Assembly: GCF_030144855.1 (NCBI RefSeq) | Contig: NC_082723.1 | Coordinates: 27,528,001-27,592,000, forward strand | Direction of reading: 5' to 3' | Length of the DNA stretch: 64,000 nucleotides | Origin: Hypanus sabinus | Taxonomy: Eukaryota | In this document: one piece after another, positions 11,386 to 24,337 of the stretch | Position numbering within the stretch: the stretch's first letter is position 1 | Layout of the letters: each line of letters starts with the position of its first letter | The notes under the pieces: model-generated | Database searches by the model: none | The model's input: the letters and a program-made list of their open reading frames with translations, nothing else | Told to the model about the DNA's origin: nothing | Made by a program: the position numbers and the translations under genes

Positions 11386-13614
11386 ATGTATGACCTGATT
11401 TATGGCATTCAGACTTTAAGCAAATTGCCTCATATATTTTTAAAGAATTTTTCAAGATAGTGTTAATAATGAAATGTTTCATATTCATTAGTGACTTGTT
11501 GCAGTATATATTCCAGTTGGTTAATTATTGATAGGGTTATGGTGAATATTTGATGAAATCAAAGCATTACAATGTGTATGTAGAGTGATATGATTTAGAT
11601 AGCTGTAGAAAGCAGATGTTTCTCATTTATGGAGAAATCAGCTTATGGACAGTTCTTGGGAATGGAAGCCTATGTAACCCTGGGATTGCTTATACCTCAG
11701 TTTGAATTCCTTTCAGACATCCCTTATCCAGAAAACCCAGCTCCTTGAAAACCAAATGTCCAGACTTGACGATGTCTTAAGTTTCCTACATTCTCACTGG
11801 TACTGTATAACCGTTGTGTGGTGTAATAGTCGAAACTATGCTCTAACGAGTTTATTGTTTAGTTTCAGTATGACATCATTGCTGTTACATTTCCGTGCCT
11901 TAGACAATAGCCATGAGGTAATGTTGTAGTTCTATAAAACCCTGCTTAGACCACACTTGGAATATTGTGATCAGGATGTGCAAAGACAACTTACCAGGAT
12001 GCTGCCTATAGGTTGAGTAAGCTAGGGTTTTTCTCTTTGGAGTGAAGGAGAATGAGGGGTTTACAAGATGATAAGAGGCATAGATTGGCAGTGCCTTTTT
12101 TCCCAGGGTAGAAATGACTAATACCAGGGAGCATAATTTTACAGTGATTGGAGAAAAGTATGGGGGGGGGGGTGGTGGCAGAGGTAGGTTTATACAAAAA
12201 ATGGTGATTGCATGGAACGTTCTGCTGGGGTGGTGATAGAGTCAGGTACATTAGGAACATTTAAGAAACTCACAGATAATAGAAAAATGGAGGAATACGT
12301 AGAAGGATTGATCTTCGGGTAGGTTAAAAAGTAAGCACAACATCATGGGCCAAAGAGCGTGTACTGTTCATTGTCATCTGACTGTACAGAAATACAACCA
12401 AACAAAACAATGTTTGTCCAGACCACGGTGCACCCACAGAACATATCAATGTTCAATATTCTGTAACAAGGGCAAGAATACGTGGTTTCCCAAACGAGTT
12501 GTCTACTTGTCTCTTTTTTCTTAGGCTTCTACATTAAAGTCTAAATCGCTGGTGTTTGTGCTGTGATAAGAGTAAGACTAAGCAGAATCCCACTGCATTG
12601 TGCTTTGCAGCCACTACGACACCTGTCAGCCATTAGCCTTTGTTTCCTGGCACTGAGCCAGTTTGGATCCAAGTTGTATTTTCTCCTGGATTCCACAGGC
12701 CCCTGCTTTTCTGTTCATTTTGTTAAAAGCCTCAAAAACTATGTCTGCGTCAAACTTTACTTATGGTTTCCAAATAGCTGAAACAAGCCGGTTGACTTCA
12801 ACTGCAATTTTTTTTACTGTATTAAACCAAATTTCAGTGAATGATGCATGTTTGTGGCTCATTGGGTTGCCTTATAAGGAGATGAATTATTTTACAATAT
12901 AACCTCAAAGTTCAGTGATAAAAATGGTGCACTTATGTAATAATTTGTCCTTGGGATGTTTCAAAGCTTTTCACAGCCTGTGAATTAATTTTGTAATGGA
13001 CTTACTGTTACATAGATACATCTAACCTCCAATTGCATGTTTGTAAAAACTGCAAATGAGATGAGTGATTGGAGAGAGTATTTGGGGAAGGTCATTGAAG
13101 GAGTTTTGTTGTGCTTCAAAAAAGACTTCATGTTCAGATTCAGATTTATTTATCACGTGTACATGGAAACACACAGTGAAATATGTTGTTTGTGCTAACA
13201 GCCAACACAAACTGAGGACCTGCTACAGGCAGCCTATAAGTGTCACCATGAATTCTGGCACTAACAGTATGCCCACCATACTCAGCAGAACAACACCTCC
13301 AGTCTCCAGTCATCAGCCATCGGGCTTCTATTTCTGGACTTCCATTTGATCTTTGGGCTTCTGTCTTCCATATCAACACATGGACTAGTGGATGCTGTGG
13401 CCCTTGGAATTAACCATATATTTTAATTCGTGTTTCTAGCATTGGTGATGTGTTGCTTTTTGGTGTGTGCCTTACAGACCCAGGATTTTTTTTTCTCCTC
13501 CTGTTTTCATACATCACCTTCTATTTATATTTTTAGATAGATTGTGATTAACAAGTCTTCACCAACCTCTCTGTGCTGGCACCGTCACTATTTGTGTCAT
13601 TCACTCTCTCTCAG

Positions 13615-14090
13615 TCTGTTCAGTTCTGCCCACCTCATTGTAGGAAGGACGTGGAAGCTTTAGAGAGGGTGCAGAACATACTTACCAGGATGCTGCCTGG
13701 ATTAGAGAGCATGTCTTATGAAGAGGTTGAGCGAGCTAGGGCTTTTCTCTTAGGAGCGAAGGATGATGAGAGGTGACTTGATAGAGATGTACAAGATGAT
13801 AGGAGGCATAAATGGAGTGGACAGTCAGAGACCTTTCCCCAAGGCAGAAATACAAGGGGGCATAACTTTAAGGTGTTTGGAGGAAAGTACTGTATGCAGG
13901 AATGACAGGTAGGCTTTTTTCACAGAGAGTGGTGGGTGTGTGGATTAAGGGGTGGTGGTAGAGGCAGATATATTAAAGACGTTTAAGAGACATTTAAGGG
14001 GTAGAATGATCTTGGAGTAGTTTCTAGGATCAGCACAACATTGTGGGCAGAAGGGCCTGTTCTGTTTTTTTTTTCACTGTTCAATGTTCC
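13615..14090 (+). mobile_element. CR1 3' end
   Basis: VQFCPPHCRKDVEALERVQ motif; a similar copy lies at about 11905-12370. Confidence 0.8.
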
Positions 14091-14823
14091 ACCTATGGTA
14101 ATGTAGAAGTTAGTGTAATGATATTACGGCACCAGTGACCCAGATTTGATTCCCATCGCTGTTTGTAAGGAGTTTGTACATACTCCCAGTGACTGGGTTC
14201 CTCTGAGTGCTCTGGTTTTCTCTTAAGTTCCAAAGACATGCGGATTCGTAGGTCATTTAGTCACAAGGGGGCAAACTCAGGGCAGAAGGGCCTGTTACTG
14301 TGCTATATCTCTAAATAAAATAAGAATAAATATTCTCACTGCTTTATGAGATTAGAGGAGAAGGATTAGTTTTATTTATCACGTCAATTGGAACACAGAG
14401 TGAAATGTGTCAATTTTGCATCAACAACTAACACACTCTGAGGATGTGCTGGAGGCATCCTGCAAGTATCGCTATGCTTCCGACAACATTATACCATCCT
14501 CACAACTTACTACCTCTAACCCATGTGTCTTCTCTGGCGATGTGGGAGGAAACTGGAGTACCTGGAGGAAATGCGCAGTTATGGGAGAATGGCGTTCAGA
14601 GCGGCGGGAATCTGCCCCTGATTGCTAATCGCTGTAAAACTACTGCGCTAACTTCTACACTGTCATGCTGTTGCCAGTTTATATCACATTTAGCAATCAG
14701 CTGATAAAGTTTTGAAATATACACTCTATGTCAAAATCAGGTTTATTGTCACTGACACATTGTGAAATTTGTTGTTTTTGTGGCAGCAGACAAGTACAAT
14801 ACTATAACTTACAATTAAAAATA

Positions 14824-15567
14824 CAGTGGATTCCATTTAATTGGGCCATCAGTTCATCGGGACAGCCACTTATTTGGGACAACACTTAAAGGACAAAAAC
14901 TAACCAAGAAATGGAAATAGCCGAGGTTCCATTGTTTTAATTTGGTGCTTGATACTGCTTAATTGGGACAGGAGACTCGCCGAAGTTTCTGAGTAGTGTC
15001 AGTCGTGCCTTAATGTGGCTGTTAGACAACACACCATGCTAAGAGAGAACAGTTTTTAAATAGCATCAGTTGCATATGCTTGTATTTAAAAAGCAGTTAT
15101 TTTTGTCACTCATTGCTGGAAACAGCCGGGAGAGAAAAGTGAAACGATTTCACTACTTCAACAAGTTAGGAACAATGAAGAATTTAAAGATATCAACAAT
15201 CATCTTGAATGTTACAATGAAAATTATGATTTGAAGGATGTAGTTGTCAAAAGAATTGTATGAAAGCACAAGGCATCTGCACTGATTTTGTCAATCAGAG
15301 GAACACAGCAGTGTACACTGAATAAATTCCTGTCAATAACTATTAGGAACTAATACACAGTTTTATAGTACTCTAGTGGTATTGATAGTGTTCTAATTTG
15401 TTCTGTATTTCATTTAAATACATAAACTGTTACTCAGTTGAACAGTAGTATAGCTTTTTTATACCTTTTTAAACTATTTCCATGAAACTGGCTAATTGGG
15501 GCAGCCATTTAATTGGGCCAAATTGTAGAGGTCCTTCTGATGAATCCCTGTTAACTGGAGTCCACTG
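14824..15567. mobile_element. Non-autonomous pogo/Tigger-like DNA transposon, copy 1
   Basis: TA|CAGTGGATTCCATTTAA ... TTAACTGGAGTCCACTG|TA; TIRs and TA TSD. Confidence 0.8.
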
Positions 15568-15728
15568 TATTTGTTCTAAAAAAAATTAAGTAGTACAATT
15601 ACTTATTGCAAGTATTGCAATTATGCAATTAACTACACGTAACTATAATCATGTGCCTGACTGTTTTTATATTTATGTTGAGTTTTGGAAGTTTCTGATG
15701 TTAGTTAATGCTTTTAATATGTACATAG

Positions 15729-15787
15729 GTTCTGGATCTTTGGCGGCAATGGCGGTGTTTGAAGATCGATACAAGCCAGATATGGAG
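15729..15787 (+). CDS. PSMB7: Proteasome subunit beta-2, internal exon (human exon 6 equivalent): (G)SGSLAAMAVFEDRYKPDME
   Basis: AG acceptor 15727-28 and GTAAGA donor; 59 bp; peptide matches the PSMB7 GSGSLAAMAVFED motif; upstream exons lie outside the window. Confidence 0.96.
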
Positions 15788-17643
15788 GTAAGAGAATGTA
15801 GATAACAGCTAGTGGACTGGCCTTATTTATATTTCATATAAAAGGGAATAATCTTAATGTTCTACAGTTCTAGTTCCCAAAGCATTCAAAGCATATTGCT
15901 TGAAAATGAACCTTTAAACTTTAGTAATAAGAGGAACAGGGTTTGGATCTGTTTTTACTGTATAGTGACCTTTGGGTTATTTAGGTGTTATATGGTAAGA
16001 AGCTCTCCAAAATTCATATGGTTAATGTTGAAAACTGAATATTTAAAAATATTTATTTTAAAAACTCTTTCTAAAGATCTTGGAAAGATGTTACAATTAT
16101 CATTCCTTTAGAGGCCAATAAGCAAGAGCTGATGTAATGAAGAATGTGGGAGCAGTTATTTTGAAATTGAGAGGGTAGCAGATTTCTGGAGGCTGCAAGA
16201 TATTGTTCTGGTTCCTTTAATGATGTTCAAAAGATCATGTTCATTGGGGGACATGCTGTAGAAACGAAACATCTCTGTGTCTTTAGAGCTTTGGCAGACG
16301 TGGGTGTGGATGCAATAGTATTTAACTTAAACTCAGGCTCCAAAGCAGGAGGAGACCAAGTTAAAATCAGTGAATATCGTGACCCTGGAAGCAGTGTTCT
16401 TCTCTACATGTATGAAATTGCTCCATTAATGTTGAGCTTTGGAGAAGTTCTTTGCTGATGTAGAAATACAGTGCAAGGGATTTGCACTTGTTTCTGTTAT
16501 CCTGGACAGAGAATGCTTACAGCAAGTCTGTACTAAAGCAGAAATCATATGGCATCTCCAAGCTTCTTGATAACATAGGAAAAGGAATATTCTGAAGGAG
16601 CTCTCTTTTGAAGGACAAATCTCGTTAAACCATAAAAAGAATCTAGGAGGAGAGCAGAAACATTATAAAATTAGGTGTTATGGAAGAGTTTGACAGATCT
16701 TATTTTGAGGTTGATTTTAACAAGCATGGGCCCATCTAGTCCATGCTGAGCAGTGATCAGTGTACCTCTTCATGTCTCTCCCTCCATGGGATGAAGACCA
16801 GCAGACTGTTGTTCTTGGAGACATGAGAGACTGCAGATGCTGGAATCTGGAACAAACAAACGAACAGTCGGAGAAACTCTGCAGGTTGAGCAGTATCTGG
16901 AGGGAAGGGGATGTCAGGGTGTAGAGAAACTGTCAATATTTAAGTGCAAAAGCCCTGTTTCAGGGCTGATTGGCCTTGATAGTTTGGTTGTGGAAAGCAC
17001 TAAAGGCAACTGTATGCGTAAACTTAGATGACCATAAGCGTTGTGAACACTTTCCAATTGTGACAGAGCTGTCTGTGAAATGCAGAGTTGTTGGGCTGTT
17101 TGTTGCAAATTATAACCCAAAGAATTGATCTGGAACTTGTAAGTGGGAGGGGGAAAAGTAAGAATCATTCCTTAATTGATCCCGTAGGAGAGTAAAGTGG
17201 AACATACATATATCTTGTTAGGGCCATTTGGTTAAATGGCTTTTTCTAGCTGGTTGTTCTTGTAAAGTTTAAATGGTTAACTTGAGAATACTGGTGTTTT
17301 CCTACTTCCTGCTGAAACATTCTAATATAAACCTTCATGTCACTGCATCATGCATTATTTATAAATACATCAAGGTGAATGTCTTGAATGAAATTTTTTT
17401 GTGCATTGCATGTTTTGGTTTCATTTTCAACTTTAGTTATCAGTTTTGGCAGATTGATAAATTTTCCATTTTAGTTCTTGGGCTATGGTAATTCGAGAGT
17501 GTAGTCGCCACATTTCCTGAGCACGTTCAGTAGAAACAAAATATAACTCTTACTGTGCATTCTGGGGAGTAAAATTGCTTTCAAATTGTATTAATCTGTA
17601 AAAATAATTGTAGTCTTTGACTTTCTTTGTACCTGCACTCTTA

Positions 17644-19184
17644 TAGTTGCAAAAAAGAGTTTATGAACCCTTTGCAATTACCTGGTTTTCTGCATTAATT
17701 ACTCATAAAATATTTTCTGATCTTCATTTAAGTCACAATAATAAATGAGCACAATCTGCTTTAAACCAATAACACACAAACGATTGTAATTTTCATATCT
17801 TTATCGAACACATTGTTTAGTCATTCACAGCCTAGGCTGGAAAAAGGTATGTGAACCTTTGCATTTAATAACTGGTAGAATCTTTATCAAAAGTTTCTTG
17901 CAGCTGTTGTTCAGACTTACACAACAGTGAGGAGGAATTTTAGGTCATTCTTCCATATAAACCTGTTTCAGTTCATCAGTATTTCTGGGATACCTTGCAT
18001 GAATAGCCCTCTTCAGGTCATGCCACAGCATTTCAATTGGGTTAAGGTCTGGACTCTGACTTGGACTTTCCAAAATATGAATTTCCTTCTTTTTAACCCG
18101 TTCTGTGTTTCGGATCCATTGTCTTGTTGCATTATCCAACTTCTATTAAGCTTTAGGTGACGGACCACTACCCTGACATTCCTCTTTAAAATGTCTTGAT
18201 GCAATTTTGAATTCATTGTTCCTTCAACGATTGCAAGCTATCCAGACCCTGAGGCAGCAAAGCAGCCCCAAACCATGATGCTCTTTCCACCATACTCCAT
18301 GGTTGGGATGGGATTTTAGTGTTGGTGTCAAGTGACCTTTTTCCTCCAGACATAACAGTTTCGGCCAAAAAGTTCAATTTTTGTCTCATCTGCCCACAGA
18401 AATGTTGTGGAACTTGAGACATGCAGCAATGCTTTTTTTGGAGAGCAGTAGTTTCCTCCACGGTGTCCTTCCATGAACACCATTCTTATTCATTGTTTTT
18501 CTTTACAAAGGTACGTGAATAGAGACTTCAGCAAGTTGTAGAAATTTCTGCAGATCTTTTGCTGTTACCCCTGGGTTCTTTTTCACCCTCTTCAGCATTG
18601 CACGTCGTGCTCTTGGTGTGATCATTGCAGGATGCCAACTGCTAGTGAAGGTAGCAAAAGTACTGAAATTCCTCCATTTGTAGACTATTTCCCTTACTGT
18701 GGACTGATGAACACTCAGGTGTTTAGAAATGCTTTTGTAGCATTTTCCAGCTTCACGCATCTCTACAATTCTTCTAATGTCTTCTGAAAGTTGTTTTGAT
18801 TGAGGCATGATGCACATAAACAGATCTTTCTTCAGGAGAGCAGGCTCTGTCAGGAGTCTGACTTTGTGTGTCTTTTTTTTAATATAGGGCAGAGCCCCTC
18901 TACAGCCCACACCTCCAATCTCATCTCATTGTTTGGAACACCTGACTCTAAACAGCTTTTGTAGTAGGCATTGCCCCAGAGATTCACATACTTTTTTTTG
19001 AACCTAGACTGTTATTGTTTAAATGGTGTACTCAGTATCGACAAGAAGTACAATTGTTTGTGTGTTATTAGTATATTGAGTTTGTCTATTATTGTAACTT
19101 AGATGAAGATCAGACCATATTTTATGAGTAACTAATGCAGAAAACCAGGTAATTGCAAAGGGTTCACAAATTTTTTTGCAACTA
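17644..19184 (-). mobile_element. Tc1-family transposon (IR/DR type), near full length, inactivated
   Basis: TA|TAGTTGCAAAAAA ... TTTTTTGCAACTA|TA; ~220-bp TIRs with inner direct repeat of the GTGAACC motif; transposase remnants. Confidence 0.92.
17865..18808 (-). pseudogene. Tc1 transposase pseudogene
   Basis: MPQSKQLSEDIRR paired-like HTH, WIMQQDN and [15 protein letters not shown] catalytic motifs spread over several frames. Confidence 0.9.
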
Positions 19185-21104
19185 TAGATAGGAACTTGAA
19201 TGAAATTAAAATGGAGGGCTATGTGGGAGGGAATGGTTAGATTAATCTTGGATTAGGTTAAAAGGTCAGCATAAACTTTTGGGCCACCATGGTAGCGTAG
19301 CAGTTAGCACAACACTAGTATAGTTCAGGATGCCAAAGTTTGGAGTTCAATCCTGGTGTCCTCTGTACGTCCACCCCGTGTGTTTTCTCTGGGTCCTCCA
19401 GTTTCCTCCCACAGTCCAAATATGTACCAGGTAGGTTAATTGGTCATTGTAAATTGTCCCATGATTAGGTTAGGGTTAAAGCAGGGTTGTCGGGGGTTGC
19501 TGGACAGTATGCTGAAAGGGCCGGAATGGCTTGTTCCACTCTGTATCTCTAAATAAATAAAATAAACAACATGTGGGCCAAAGGTCCTGTATTTTTTTAT
19601 TAAAATTACACAGGAACCCTATTGTCTAACTGCTCCAAAAAGGTTACAATATCTTGAGGAACTTGTGTATTTACTTCCATGTGTTATTAACCAAGTTTGC
19701 ACATTATGTATTCAGTGCCATGAGTGTTAGCGTTTGTTGAATTTGCATTTCTGCAGTCTGTTGATGTGAGCTACAAAGGGTGATGTCACAAGTAAGTTTG
19801 TACCTGTGATTTGCTGATGTTCATTCTTGAGCTGCAGTGGTACTTGTCAGAAAAGTCAGGAGTGGTCTTCCTGGGAAATGTTACACGTGTAGGCCATTCC
19901 AAGAGGCTAAGAATGAATTATCATGCTTGCTGAGGTTCCATGGTGAAGGTAGCGTTGAAAAAGAATTTATTTAGAAAGTTTTTTAAAAAGCTTATATACC
20001 CCTGGGCATTTTAAACAATTTTTGAGCTGTTGATTTGGGTCTCCTCTTTTAATGTATTCAGGCAGCAGAATGTGCTGCCATCAGATTTAGTGTATGTGCA
20101 AGCTACTTGTGGAATGTAATCATTAGTATGTAGACTGTTTACTACGATGAAAGCTGTGCTTCCAAATTCAAAGTCAGATTCTGATTCTGCTTTATTTATC
20201 ACGTGTATATTGACGCATGAAGTGAAATTTGTCACTTGTGTTAACAACCAACATAAGCAAGGATATGCTGGGGGCAGCCTGCAAGTGTCATCTTATAATC
20301 TGGCGCCAACATAGCAAGGCCCACAATGCTCGGCAGAATAACACACAAAACAACAGCAAAATGAGCCCCGTTCCTCTCTCCCAGAAACGCATGTACACAG
20401 TCCTTTAACCCCAATGCCACTTGGTGGTTTGGACATTAGTAAAGATGACCATCACAAGCTTAGCCTTTCTTTAAACTGTGTAGCACTAAATTATTTGAGC
20501 TTACGTGTATGTGTATTCACACTTGGTTAGATTGTGGAGATGTTTTAAAGATTAGCTTTATTAGTCACGGGTACATCAGATTGTAATGTGTCATTTGCGT
20601 CAACAACCTACACAGTCCAAAGATGTGCTAAGCCTGCAGGTGTCACTGTGCTTCCGGTGCTAACTTAGCGTGCCCACACACTTACTAACCCTAACCCATA
20701 TGTCTTTGGACTGTGGGAGGAAACCAAAACACCCAGAGAAAACCAAGAGGTTATGGGCAGAATGTACAGAGTACTTACAGACAGGAATTGAACTCTAATT
20801 GCTGGTTCTGTAAGGCATAATGCTAACGCAAGAACAGGAAATAATACCCTTTTTGTAAAATATCTAATAATATGGAGGCTGTCAGTTTCTTAATAAAAAT
20901 AAACTTGAACTAATCTTGGAATGATATCTGAGTAAGCTGATTCAGTACTAAGTACTGAGCTACACTTGAATACTCAGCTCTCACCCGTGGCTTTCAACAA
21001 GCTGTTTGCATGTTGACAGCAGCTACACCCTAGTACCCCACTTCTACAGGCAGGCTAAACCAGGTGAGGGTAGCCGGCAGGCCTCACACCCTGGTGAACA
21101 AAGA

Positions 21105-21420
21105 ATAATACAGCACAGTACAGGCCCTTCTGCCCACAATGTTGTGCCAACCCTTAAACCCTGCCTCCCATATAACCCCTCACCTTAAATTCCTCCATAT
21201 ACCTATCAAGTAGTCTCTTAAACTTCACTAGTGTATCTGCCTCCACCACTAACTCAGGCGGTTCATTCCACGCACCAACCACTCTCTGAGTAAAAATCCT
21301 TCCTCTAATATCCCCCTTGAACTTCCCAACCCTTACCTTAAGTCCATGTCCTTTTGTATTGAGCAGTCGTGCCCTGGGGAAGAGGCGCTGGCTATCCACT
21401 CTATTTGTTCCTCTTAATAT
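21105..21420 (-). mobile_element. CR1 3' end
   Basis: RVDSQRLFP..GHGLKV..FTQRVVGAWN motif. Confidence 0.85.
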
Positions 21421-22806
21421 CAAGATAGGGACATGCAAAGTCAGCTCTGGTGCACTATGCAGATGAGATTTACAGTGAGATCCAAAGGTCAGGAAGGCGG
21501 TTCTGCAATGCTTCATAGAGAGCAAAGGGAACAGAAATAGTCATGGTCATCCACTGAAGCCAAAGAAGACCCTATTTTAGATGATAACTCGTACCACTGG
21601 ACCTGGACTTCTGAGGCTGAGAGGGTGTAACTGCCTCAGTGCAGTTCTAGCACTTCCACTTTAAGAGCTTTCCTGCACAGATCTCTTGTCATTGTTGTAT
21701 ATGAAGGACAACCAACCACCCAGTACTAGGAAAGTCAAACATGCAGCTCAAGAAAGCATCCCAAAATGTGCAACAAATCTATTTTCCAGACTTGTTTGAA
21801 ATAAATATGAACTGAAATATTTTACAGTTCATGTTTGGGAATAGTAACATAATATTTCATAGATAATAAGGTATTTCATCTGTCGTATAGGATGTTGGGT
21901 AGTAACACTCAACGTTTTAGAAAGATATGTAATTAGCAGGTGGAGAAGGAGCTTGTACAGAGTTGAGTGTAATGATTTTAAAAATAGTTAACTTTTTCAA
22001 AGACATTAAACTACTTGTTAACATTGGATTGTTAAAGCTGCTGTGTGTCAGTGAGTAAGCTGTTTTCCTGTGTGTGTAGTGGGAGATGTTTAAAAACTGT
22101 AGCAGGTTCTGCTGGCACCATGGAGTGTGAACATGACTCATTAAAGTGGCTGGCTGTTCCTCCAAATCCTTGCTAATTTTAATTGAATTTTTCTTTGTCA
22201 ATCAATTTATCTTGTATGTTATTTAACTTGCATTTAGGTCCTTTTAATTGAAACGTAAGCAAAGTTCAAAGTATGTATATGTCACGAAGCACTACCCTGA
22301 GATTCAGTTTCTTGAAGGCATTAACAATAGAACAAAGAAATACAATAGAATCAATGAAAAAACTACACACAAAGACTGACAAGCAGCCAATGTGCAAAAG
22401 AAGATAAACTCTGAATATTAAAAAAATATGGAGAACATGAATCTAGAATCTTTGAAAGCGAATACTTAGGTTGTGGAATCAGTTCGGTGTTGAGGTGAGT
22501 GAAGTTAACCCCTCCGGTTCAAGGTAATAACTGTTCCTGAACCCGGTGGTATGGGTCCTGAGGCTCCTGTACCCTCTTTCCGATGGCAGCAGTGAGAAAA
22601 GAGCATGGCCTGGATGGTGGGTGTTCTCGTGGCATTGCTCCTTGTAGATGCCACTCTTGCCATTTGAACCCTGGTGAATGACATCTATACTCGTGTCTAC
22701 TCAGTGCCTAGTTATGTGAGACCTTGGGTGATTCTCTTTTCTTTTTCCTCTGGTCCCAGCTAGAATTCTAAGGATCAACTTTATTGACCATATGCATTTA
22801 CACATG

Positions 22807-23484
22807 CAGTGGAGTCCCGTTAGTTGGGCTATCGGTTAATCAGGGCAGCCACCTATTTGGCTCAACTCTTAAAGAACAAAAACTAATCAAGAAAATGGCT
22901 GGGATTTCCTTCATTTATTTGGAACGTTATGCCTCTTAATTGAGACTGGAAACTGTTGCCGAACAGTAACTAACAGTTACCCACACATGTGGCTATTAAA
23001 CTACACTGTGCTTAGGTATTTTTAAATAGTGTTGGTTGCATGTGCTTATGTTATCCATTTGAGCTGACAGACGCAGATTCAAAAATCAGTGGTTTTTGAT
23101 CATTTAGTTTTATATTTTGACTTTAAATGACTTCAGACCCTTATGACACTACTTTATGCAGGAAGGTGATGAAGGCAGTCCATTTTCTGCACTAGGTGTC
23201 TGCACTGATTGTGTTCACTTATAGTCAATCAAGAGAACATGACAGCATACTCTGGATGAATTCCTCTGTCGATAACTGTTAGGCACTAACACACAGTTTT
23301 ATAGTACAGTAGTACTATTGGTAATGTTCTAATTTGTTCTGTATTTCATTTAAATACATACTTTGTTACTTAGTTAACCGGAAGTTGGTCCTTTTTATAC
23401 TTTTTAAACTATTTTCATGGAACTTCAGCTAATTGGGCTTAAACGTACTGATCCCGAAGTGTCTGAATTAACTGGAATCCACTG
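22807..23484. mobile_element. pogo/Tigger-like non-autonomous element, copy 2
   Basis: CAGTGGAGTCCCGTTA ... TAACTGGAATCCACTG|TA; internal homology to copy 1. Confidence 0.8.
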
Positions 23485-24046
23485 TATTAAGAATTTGCTG
23501 TGGTGTGTTGGTGTGACATGCAACAAAAAAAAACAACATACAACAATTCTAAGATTAAAGAATTATATAAAAGAATAAAGTTAGAGGTTAAATATATCGT
23601 AAAGCCTGGCTGGAACAGAAGGTGAAACTGGTCAGACTTTCTGATCCCTGAGCCAGTGCACACAAATCTACTGAGCCCTGGGGAGCTATACATTTTCCTT
23701 AGCCGACTAGCTGCAGATCGTTGAGGGACTAGAGCACACCACATGCTCTAGCTTCTTTAATTGTTGCGGAGCGCATTTCTCAACACTAAATATTGAGTTG
23801 TTTAGAAATATGCTTCATGAGGACCCAGCAGTAGGGAGAAAATGTGCAAAGCAGATTTGCTTCACAATTCACTGCTTTGGTTTTCAGATGACTTCTAAGC
23901 AGTTAGAATGGGAAACAGCTTCTTCCCCCAGGCCGTTGAATCTACTGAACTCCTTGCTACCACCCAGGTCTTATCACGTATGAAACGCCAGTAGCATTAT
24001 ACTCTTTACTTTTTAAATTGTTTTATAAATCCACCTTAATATCTGT

Positions 24047-24337
24047 AACACACAAAAATGCTGGAGGAATTCAGCTAGTCTATTAAGCTACTGACACGAT
24101 GAAGGAAGCCGTGAACACCACCAGAGATGGAGGACCTTCATCACTGCTCTAAACAGTAGAAAGAGGGGCAGCATCTATGCTAATGAATAAATAGTTGACG
24201 TATCGAGCCCTTCATCAGGGCTCAGCCCAAGACGTTGACAATTTATTCCTTTCCATAGATGCTGCCTGACCGGCTGAGGTCCTCCAGCATTTTGTGTGTG
24301 TTGCTTTGAGACCCAGCATCTGCAGAATCTTTGTGGT
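24047..24337. mobile_element. Fold-back Penelope-like terminal-repeat element with a small RTE 3' fragment inserted (~24085-24165)
   Basis: ACACACAAAAATGCTGGAGGAA ... CCTCCAGCATTTTGTGTGTGTT inverted arms meeting at CCCTTCATCAGGG. Confidence 0.75.

Noticed and set aside
15623-15805. ORF-track starts for the exon-containing ORFs (also 41827 and 52773)
   Set aside because: Only the splice-bounded parts match the proteins; the extensions are intronic
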